Positions 43,601 to 49,378 of a stretch of 64,000 nt of DNA are shown here, in pieces. The notes under the pieces were generated by a model, which saw only the letters and a program-made list of their open reading frames with translations, was not told the origin of the DNA and did no database searches. The translations under genes and the position numbers were made by a program. The stretch is from assembly GCA_001799715.1 (NCBI GenBank), contig MGTZ01000028.1, positions 10,954 through 74,953 on the forward strand, in the 5' to 3' direction. Each line of letters opens with the position of its first letter. The stretch's first letter is position 1. The stretch comes from Elusimicrobia bacterium GWB2_63_16 (GTDB lineage: Bacteria; Elusimicrobiota; Elusimicrobia; Elusimicrobiales; UBA9959).

Positions 43601-43858
43601 TATCTCCACGTCATAGCGGCCCTTGGTCACCCTGACGTCGCAGCGGGTCTCGGAGAACAGCGGGCTGGTGATGCCGGTGGGAGTATCGTAGATATAGAAC
43701 TTCAGGTCCTGCGGCGTTTCCACCGGCAGGTTGGTGATCTTGCTGATCAGGTAGCCCTGGTAGTTTATCGTCGGGGTTATCACGGCGGCGGCTGGCGCCG
43801 CGAGCAGCAGCGCGCCCAGCGCGCCTGCGAGCAGATTTTTAACGTGAGTAGAATTCAT
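40637..43858 (-). CDS. Large secreted tail-fibre-like repeat protein with Cys-rich C-terminal knob
   Basis: 1073 aa with signal peptide and an N-terminal INYQGYL module. Repeated F(Y/F)GDGSGL..(L/V) and LKAGDTMTGQLTL(A/S)GSTLTV motifs (aa 295-326, 369-408, 508-540, 749-762). Duplicated ARLHV modules. Last ~70 aa contain 6 Cys. GGAGG SD. Confidence 0.8.
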   Translation of the reverse strand: MNSTHVKNLLAGALGALLLAAPAAAVITPTINYQGYLISKITNLPVETPQDLKFYIYDTPTGITSPLFSETRCDVRVTKGRYDVEIGSAVAGGIPASIFAERDGLWLEIQVDGDNDCAGAFEAMSPRVKLQASPYSFSSVYATTSSVATSMFLADTIGAHPTTANGAITISTNLFVLGGISVGSISPGQTLAVAGMVESKGSLPACADDLSCGFKFPDGSVQTRAAALTMWEVAGPHVYSINPGNVSIGQNNTNPQARLHISSAAGDTGDLLLVSTGTSQLFLVNGLGQVHGGSFYGDGTTLTGVLRKAGDTMTGQLTLSGSTLTVASAEGLLSPKIKFAGGIELSSAAAAQRGGIFISSHVYLMPGATFYGDGSGLINLISSDTSKVLKAGDTMTGQLTLAGSTLTVTGSAFSVGGSSLSVLGGNTAIGSASYLARLTVGGGIIATSSITAQGSMHAASVHAPSGIGNFYNVTATTGTIWGWDPGTTYSLDTASGVLVRAGVVNAPYFVGNGSLLTSVTGTDSTKLLKAGDTMTGNFIVSPASATLASFGAHKYALTVSSSATSNAYTLAVTTAGRVGVLVPAPAAPLDVAGEAMVSYANTVTGAAKLSIKSYNDYSYIHWTNSSLVASGGVNLGVLGYPGGLERDLIYRAVGSDPWNGGQEVFRVKADQYGNWLFGIGSSPSPADQPREKFHVMANLLVSSATANAMPLLYVSTTAGKVSIGTTAQTHLLTVNGGINAVSSVTAQGGFFGDGSGLTNLVTDSLPGLIQISTITARTGGLYDAVLFSTSVYVQNKLAVGGLFNPQSDLHLKGQLRLDQKAGEEVVLSLYPNLGGNSYIVWNEGATPQKGVLGMVSSERDLVYRGGATTLGNGVQAFRIKDTGPFIVGEVDKNFLPASRLHVATDLTVSVSGAGSTPALYVSTASRSLGVNTGAPQARLHVDGYSLFSASASVLGGGLAGTQSVLEVVGSTLVVRANGTVGIGVASPAERLDVAGKVKATGFAASRERVSAPCPANTICAAGCTAGKVLMGGGCTQTGTVNLLKSYPSSDTVWTCEFASNVDITAYAICSTVE

Positions 43859-43873
43859 AAGTCCTCCGCCGCC

Positions 43874-45490
43874 TTACCTGACCACGACCACGGTGCCGTT
43901 ATAGACGGTGCCGTCGGCCTCCAGCTGGTAGATGTAGACCCCGCCCGGCACCGCCTGGCCGCCGGCCTTGGCGTCCCAGACGAGGGAATTGGACACGGGA
44001 CCGCCCGTCATGCTGCCCACCAGGGCGCCGCGCAGGTCGTAGATCTTGCCTTTCACGCTCTTCTCCTGCGGGTTGTCGAAAATAAAGACCATCGTATCAT
44101 TTTTGCCGTCCCCGTTTGGAGTGATCAGGCGGTTGGTCAGGCCGGCTTTGTCCGCCGAGAAACCGCCGCTGCGCTCGGTGGTCCGCAGCTGGTAGCGCCC
44201 CAGCAGCCTGGTGTCCAGGCGCACGCTGCGCTCGTCCTCGTCGACTATGCCGTACATCTGCAGCCAGCGCGCGCCGTTGAAGTAGTACATGCTCAGCGCC
44301 TTGGCGTCCGCTCCGGCGGAGGGAACTATCGCGCCGCCGGCTTTGGCGTAATAGAGTTTCAGCGTGCCCTTGCTGGCCAGCTGGAAGAGCGGGTCAGCCT
44401 GCAGACCGCCGCGGTAGGCGGAGAACTCCACCGATTTGACCACGCGCCCGCTCAGGTCCTCGATATGCGTGGAGATGTCGAGAGTGTAGACGTCCATCGG
44501 ATCGGCCGAGGGGGAGAAGAAGCTGCCGGTGCCCTCCTGCGGCACCTCGAAGACGCTCTGGTTGTCGGGGGCCAGGAAGTAGAGGCCGCCCGACTCGCTG
44601 GAACGCACGTACGAAGGCAGCGAGACGCCGGCCTGGTTCACCGCGCGGGCGTGGTAGTAGTAGGGATCGGCGGTGGGAACGATGTCCGTCCAGTTCAGCG
44701 TGCTGGAGGAGGTTTCGGCGATCTGCACCCACTCCGCGTCGGCGGGAGCCGTGGCGCGGTAGACCTCGTATCTCTTTACCTCATAGGGGTACGACGGGCT
44801 GAAGCGGTTGTCGAAAGGGATGCGGTTCATGTACCCGGCCGGCGGGATCCAGGTCATGGTGACGGCGTTGCCGGTGCGCGCGAGCTGGAAGTTCATCGGG
44901 GCCAGCGGGGTCAGGGCCAGCGCCGCGGCGGCGTTGGAGATCTCCGAGCGCAGGTAATGGCTGTTGAGCGTCTCCATGGCGAAGTAATAGGTGGTGCCGG
45001 CCTGGAACCCCTCTACGATCCGGCTCTCGCGCGTGCCGGGCTCCAGCGGGACCCAGTCCTGGCCGTAGACCTGCGCCGCCGCGAAGCCCTCGTCGGTGGA
45101 GACCGGGGCGACGGAGCTGTAGCGCAGTATATAATAGCCGGCGGCCTCGGCGTTCCGGCTGGCGTCGGCGGAGGGGGCCGTCCAGGTGAGCCGGATGGAA
45201 TAACTGGAGACTATCACCGGCGTCAGGTCGAAGACCGGGGCGGGGAAAGGGTAATAAGCCAGCTTGCCGCTGCGGTGGATCAGACCGGAGGCCTCCTGCG
45301 TGGAGACGGCCAGGTCCTGCACGTTGCCGTTCATCTCGAAACTCGGCGAGACCATGTAGGAGGAGCCGTTGCCGGTGGCGCCGGTGATGTCTATGAAATT
45401 CGCGGAGGTGAGCCGGGAGGCGCGCGCCTGCCCGGCCGGCAGCAGGGCCGACAGGGCGAGCAGGGAAAAGAAACAGCGCCTGAAGTTCAC
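43874..45490 (-). CDS. Secreted protein with two FN3-like domains and a CHU_C / T9SS-type-B-like C-terminal domain
   Basis: C-terminus ITPNGDGKNDTMVF...KIYDLRGALV...WDAKAGGQAVPGGVYIYQLEADGTVYNGTVVVVR. FN3-like LTWTAPS / MTWIPPAG modules. I prefer the GTG at 45490, directly before the signal peptide FRRCFFSLLALSALLPAGQARA and 6 nt after a TATAAT. The track start is the ATG at 45562. Confidence 0.75.
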   Translation of the reverse strand: MNFRRCFFSLLALSALLPAGQARASRLTSANFIDITGATGNGSSYMVSPSFEMNGNVQDLAVSTQEASGLIHRSGKLAYYPFPAPVFDLTPVIVSSYSIRLTWTAPSADASRNAEAAGYYILRYSSVAPVSTDEGFAAAQVYGQDWVPLEPGTRESRIVEGFQAGTTYYFAMETLNSHYLRSEISNAAAALALTPLAPMNFQLARTGNAVTMTWIPPAGYMNRIPFDNRFSPSYPYEVKRYEVYRATAPADAEWVQIAETSSSTLNWTDIVPTADPYYYHARAVNQAGVSLPSYVRSSESGGLYFLAPDNQSVFEVPQEGTGSFFSPSADPMDVYTLDISTHIEDLSGRVVKSVEFSAYRGGLQADPLFQLASKGTLKLYYAKAGGAIVPSAGADAKALSMYYFNGARWLQMYGIVDEDERSVRLDTRLLGRYQLRTTERSGGFSADKAGLTNRLITPNGDGKNDTMVFIFDNPQEKSVKGKIYDLRGALVGSMTGGPVSNSLVWDAKAGGQAVPGGVYIYQLEADGTVYNGTVVVVR

Positions 45491-45496
45491 AATGTA

Positions 45497-45502
45497 ATTA
45501 TA
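45497..45502 (-). promoter_or_regulatory. TATAAT -10 box 6 nt upstream of the GTG at 45490
   Basis: Reverse complement of attata at 45497-45502, within the AT-rich divergent intergenic region. Confidence 0.4.
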
Positions 45503-45594
45503 TACCGGCCGTGCGACCAAAATATTACAAAGAGATTTCGGCTTACGCCGGGCAGAATCCATAAATATGAAACAAAACAGTCACAAATGAAAAG

Positions 45595-45600
45595 TAGAAT
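45595..45600 (+). promoter_or_regulatory. TAGAAT -10 box 8 nt upstream of the ATG at 45609
   Basis: tagaat at 45595-45600, then tagtctgt, then ATG. No SD. Confidence 0.4.
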
Positions 45601-45608
45601 TAGTCTGT

Positions 45609-46010
45609 ATGAAGCCCTGCAAAGCCGTTCTCAGCCTCCTCGCCGCGCTGGCGCTCGCCCCCGCGGCGGCGTTCTGCTCCGCGTCGGCGCTCGGCCGCTC
45701 CGTGGCGCTCAACCGCCTGGTGACGCCCAACAACGACAAGAAGAACGACACTTTTATTTTCCGCTGCTATAACCCGCGCGACGCGGCCGTGGACGCGAAG
45801 ATCTACGACCTCGCCGGCCGCGAGGTGGCCCAGATGCGCCTCAAGCAGCGCTCCAACGGCACGCCGCCCGTACAGGACAACAGCTCGGGAGAATTCTACG
45901 ATCTGGAGTGGGACCCGAACCGGGGGGAGAAGTACCCCGGCGGCGTCTACGTCTACCAGGTCCGGACGGAAGAGCAGGTGTATAAGGGTACTGTAGTCAT
46001 TATAAGGTAA
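45609..46010 (+). CDS. Stand-alone CHU_C / T9SS-type-B-like sorting-domain protein (signal peptide plus domain only)
   Basis: 133 aa. Signal peptide, then LVTPNNDKKNDTFIF...KIYDLAGREV...WDPNRGEKYPGGVYVYQVRTEEQVYKGTVVIIR, collinear with the C-terminus of the 43874 gene. Confidence 0.75.
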   Translation: MKPCKAVLSLLAALALAPAAAFCSASALGRSVALNRLVTPNNDKKNDTFIFRCYNPRDAAVDAKIYDLAGREVAQMRLKQRSNGTPPVQDNSSGEFYDLEWDPNRGEKYPGGVYVYQVRTEEQVYKGTVVIIR

Positions 46011-46017
46011 GCGACAT

Positions 46018-47988
46018 ATGAACCGCGCCACCGCCACGAAGACCGCTCTGACCGCAGCCCTGCTGCTGGCGCCGCTTTGCGTACGGGCGGCCTTCGAGGA
46101 CCTGGGCTTCGGGGCCAGGGGCCCCGGCATGGGCGACGCCGTCACCGGCGTGGCCGACGACGTTTCCTCGGTCTACTACAACCCCGCCGGCCTCGGCGGC
46201 CTGGAGCGCCCGAAGGCGCTGGCCTCCCATTCCCTTTTCCACGGGGGGCTCAGCGACGGCTCCAGTCTGGGCCTCAGCGTGGCCGCGCTGGCCATGCCCA
46301 TAGGCAACGGCCGCCACGGCACCATCGGCGCGGCCTGGCAGGATTTCTCGCTCTCCGGCGTCTATTACGAGAAGACCGGCACCGTGGCCTGGGGCTACCG
46401 CTTCGACCGCGGCAGCCGCTACGAGAAACTTTCGGTGGGCGCGTCGCTGAAATACCTGTCGCACGGCTTCTCGCGCCTCGACGAGGCTTACAACGCCGTG
46501 ATGGAAAACCTCTCCCAGACCGGCGCCACGGACCCGGTGCTGGCCGGCGCCAACTCCCGCGGCGCCCTGGACGCCGATCTGGGCGCGCTGTACCGCCTCA
46601 CCAACCGGTGGACGCTCGGCGCGGCCATACTCAACGCCATGCAGGCCAACGTGGCTTTCAGCGAGTCCGACAAGGACCCCGTGCCCATGAAGGCCCGGCT
46701 GGGCGCCTCGTTCAAGAGCCTCTGGCTGCTCCTGTCCGCCGACGCCAGGCTGCAGAAGGGCCCCGACGGCAGCCTGGACAAGCAGTTCGTGGTGGCGGCC
46801 GAGAAGGTGTTCCCCAGCCTCGACCGCGGCGAGTTCGGCGTGCGGGGCTCGCTCGGCGCCGGCGACAGGGAATTCAAGCAGGCCACGCTGGGTCTCTCCT
46901 ACAAGATACAGCGCATACAGTTCGACTACGGCTTCATGCTGCCCATCGGAACGGTCAAAGAGACCTCCGGCAACCACCGCATGGCCCTGTCCTACCATTT
47001 CGGCACGCCTACCCAGTCCGAGATCGCCGAGAGCGAGCTGCTGGACCAGTACAAGCGCCTGCGCGAGACGCAGAACTACAAGGGCGCCCGCGATACCGCC
47101 AGCCTCAACGACCCCCGCCTGGCCGAAGTGAAAGAGCAGGTGCTGCGCGAGAATTATTACGCGGCCAACAAGCTGCTGGTGGCCAAGGCGGGCGAGCTGC
47201 TGCCCGATTCCTCCGTGGTCAACCTCACGCGCCGGCTCTCGGCCGTCGCGGCCTACTACCCGTCGCTGGCCCCCGAGCCGGGCCGCGGCCGCCAGCGCTG
47301 GGAGGACCTGCTCGCCAGCGGCGTAAGGGATTTCGTGAACGGCGCCGACAACCGCGCCATGAAGAAGCTGGCCTACGCCCAGAGCCTCAACCAGCAGGAC
47401 GGCGGGCTGGCCAACTTCCTGGACAAGGCCGGCGAGATCTCCCGCATTACGCCGGACAAGGTGCCGGCCGATTTCAGCCGCGGCTGGCCCGAGTACAAGC
47501 TGGACCAGTCCGACGAGTTCTACGCCAAGAAGCGCTATTCCGAGGCGCTGCGCAAGCTCGAGGAACTGCTGGACATAGAGCCGGCCTACCTGATGGCCCT
47601 TAAGAAGAGCGGCTCCTGCAACTATATGCTGGGCGCCTACTCCCGCGCCGCCCGCGACTGGGAGAAGGCCTCGCGCGCCGAGCCGGACCCGGTGGAGAAG
47701 GCCAAGCTGGCCAAGATGACCGCGGAGGCCCGCAAGAAGCAGGGCACGGAATCTTCCTGGGAGCCCGAGACCGGCTCCTACCGCGACGAAGCGGCGGGCG
47801 AGCCCGTGCTAACCGGCGCGGCGGCCAACGCCAGGGAGATCGAGAAGCTCTACCAGGCCGGGGCCGACGCCTACGCGAAGGGCGAATACGGCAAAGCGGC
47901 CGACGCCTTCCGCAAGATCCTGACGCTGGACCCGCAGAACACGCAGGCCAAGAAGGCCCTGGAGCGCATCATCAGGCTCTCCAGGTAA
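46018..47988 (+). CDS. Outer-membrane beta-barrel (PorV/PorQ/FadL-like) fused to a C-terminal TPR/helical domain
   Basis: Signal peptide. GARGPGMGDAVTGVADDVSSVYYNPAGLGG motif near the N-terminus, as in the PorV/PorQ/TraF/FadL-type barrels I recall. Alternating-strand pattern to about aa 330 (ends HRMALSYHF). Then TPR-like repeats to aa 656. Confidence 0.65.
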   Translation: MNRATATKTALTAALLLAPLCVRAAFEDLGFGARGPGMGDAVTGVADDVSSVYYNPAGLGGLERPKALASHSLFHGGLSDGSSLGLSVAALAMPIGNGRHGTIGAAWQDFSLSGVYYEKTGTVAWGYRFDRGSRYEKLSVGASLKYLSHGFSRLDEAYNAVMENLSQTGATDPVLAGANSRGALDADLGALYRLTNRWTLGAAILNAMQANVAFSESDKDPVPMKARLGASFKSLWLLLSADARLQKGPDGSLDKQFVVAAEKVFPSLDRGEFGVRGSLGAGDREFKQATLGLSYKIQRIQFDYGFMLPIGTVKETSGNHRMALSYHFGTPTQSEIAESELLDQYKRLRETQNYKGARDTASLNDPRLAEVKEQVLRENYYAANKLLVAKAGELLPDSSVVNLTRRLSAVAAYYPSLAPEPGRGRQRWEDLLASGVRDFVNGADNRAMKKLAYAQSLNQQDGGLANFLDKAGEISRITPDKVPADFSRGWPEYKLDQSDEFYAKKRYSEALRKLEELLDIEPAYLMALKKSGSCNYMLGAYSRAARDWEKASRAEPDPVEKAKLAKMTAEARKKQGTESSWEPETGSYRDEAAGEPVLTGAAANAREIEKLYQAGADAYAKGEYGKAADAFRKILTLDPQNTQAKKALERIIRLSR

Positions 47989-48015
47989 GGGGGGACGGAC
48001 CGCAGGCGCAGCCGT

Positions 48016-49347
48016 ATGAAATTATTCCACAAATTCAGCGCGGCCCTTATGGCCGCCGCTCTGGCGGCGGCCCTGCTGCTTTCCGGCATCTTCTTCAGCT
48101 TCCAGAACCGCACCGTGCGCCAGGCGCAGGAGGACCGCCTGCAGGCCCTGGCGCAGTCCGCGGCGGCCATGCTCGGCGAGGCAGAGCTGGCCGGCGACCC
48201 GCTGATGGCGGTGGATTACCTGTCCGGCTTGTGCTCGTCGCGGGCGGAGATAGCCGCCTGCCGCCTGGACATCGGCCGCGGCCTGCGGCCGGTGAAGACC
48301 CGCGGCAAGGCCCCGGCCCCGAAGGGGGACGTTCCCGTGCCGCGCGAGCTGCGCGGCGGCAAATATTCCGCGCAGCTGCTGTTCTCGTCGGCGGCGCTGG
48401 AGCGCGAGCGGCGCGAGGCCCTGGCCGGCGTCTGGCATGACCTGGCCGCCGCCTTCCTGGGCGCCATGGCCGCGGCGGCCCTGCTGGGCGTGCTGGTGGC
48501 CCGCCGGCTGACGCGGCGCCTGCGGCGGCTGGCCGAGGAGGCCGCGCTGGTGGGCGAGGGGCGCTTCGGCGCCAAGACCGACGCCTCCGGCTCCGATGAG
48601 GTGGCCGAGCTGGCCGGCGCTCTGAACGCGATGAGCGACCGCCTGCTCGAGCTGGAGACGATGAAGAAGAACTTCACCGCCTCCGTCACGCACGAGCTGC
48701 GCTCGCCGCTGGGGGTAATAGAGACCTACGCCGCGCTGCTCCTCAAGGAGAAGGAAAAATTCAGACCCGAGGACCTGGAGGTCTTCACGCGCATCAAGGA
48801 GAACGCCGGACGGCTGGCCAACTTCGTGACCGCCATGCTGGACCTGGCCAGGATCGAGCGGGGCCGGATGGACCTGCGCCCGGCCGCCGAGGACCCGCTG
48901 GCGCTCGCGCGAGATGCGGCCGACTTCCTCCGGCCTAAGGCGGAGGAGAAGGGGATAACCCTGGCGGTGGAAGGCGGCCCGCCCGGCGGCACCGCGCGGC
49001 TGGACCGCGAACTGGTCACGCATGTCCTCACCAATCTGCTCTCCAACGCCCTCAAGTTCACCCCGGCGGGCGGGAGCGTCACGCTGCGCGCCGCGCTTGC
49101 CGGCGGCAGGTGCCGGTTCGAAGTAGCCGACACCGGGCCCGGCCTGCGCGAAGGGGAAGCGCAAAAGCTGTTCGCCCCTTTCACGCAGGGCTCGGCGGCG
49201 CCCGGCCACGGCGGTACCGGCCTGGGCCTGGCCCTGGTGAAAGCCATCGCCGAGCTGCACGGCGGCAAGGCGGGCTGCGGCCCGGCCCCCGGCGGCGGCG
49301 CGGCGTTCTGGGTAGACCTGCCGGACGGCGGGGAAACCCCGAAATAA
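48016..49347 (+). CDS. Sensor histidine kinase (2 TM, HAMP, HisKA, HATPase_c)
   Basis: H-box FTASVTHELRSPLGVIE, N-box LTNLLSNALKF, and G-boxes DTGPGL / GGTGLGLA. Confidence 0.9.
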   Translation: MKLFHKFSAALMAAALAAALLLSGIFFSFQNRTVRQAQEDRLQALAQSAAAMLGEAELAGDPLMAVDYLSGLCSSRAEIAACRLDIGRGLRPVKTRGKAPAPKGDVPVPRELRGGKYSAQLLFSSAALERERREALAGVWHDLAAAFLGAMAAAALLGVLVARRLTRRLRRLAEEAALVGEGRFGAKTDASGSDEVAELAGALNAMSDRLLELETMKKNFTASVTHELRSPLGVIETYAALLLKEKEKFRPEDLEVFTRIKENAGRLANFVTAMLDLARIERGRMDLRPAAEDPLALARDAADFLRPKAEEKGITLAVEGGPPGGTARLDRELVTHVLTNLLSNALKFTPAGGSVTLRAALAGGRCRFEVADTGPGLREGEAQKLFAPFTQGSAAPGHGGTGLGLALVKAIAELHGGKAGCGPAPGGGAAFWVDLPDGGETPK

Positions 49348-49366
49348 CTTTGTAACCTGCTTTATA

Positions 49367-49372
49367 TACAAT
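49367..49372 (+). promoter_or_regulatory. TACAAT -10-like hexamer 6 nt upstream of the GTG at 49379
   Basis: AT-rich 30-nt gap after the kinase stop: tttatatacaatatagct GTG att ATG. Confidence 0.3.
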
Positions 49373-49378
49373 ATAGCT

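Noticed and set aside
40637-43858. Tandem repeats that could be taken for a repeat array or CRISPR, and a possible DGR variable region in the C-terminal knob.
   Set aside because: The repeats are in-frame protein repeats of unequal spacing, with no spacer/repeat periodicity. No reverse transcriptase or template-repeat copy of the 3' end is visible anywhere in the window.
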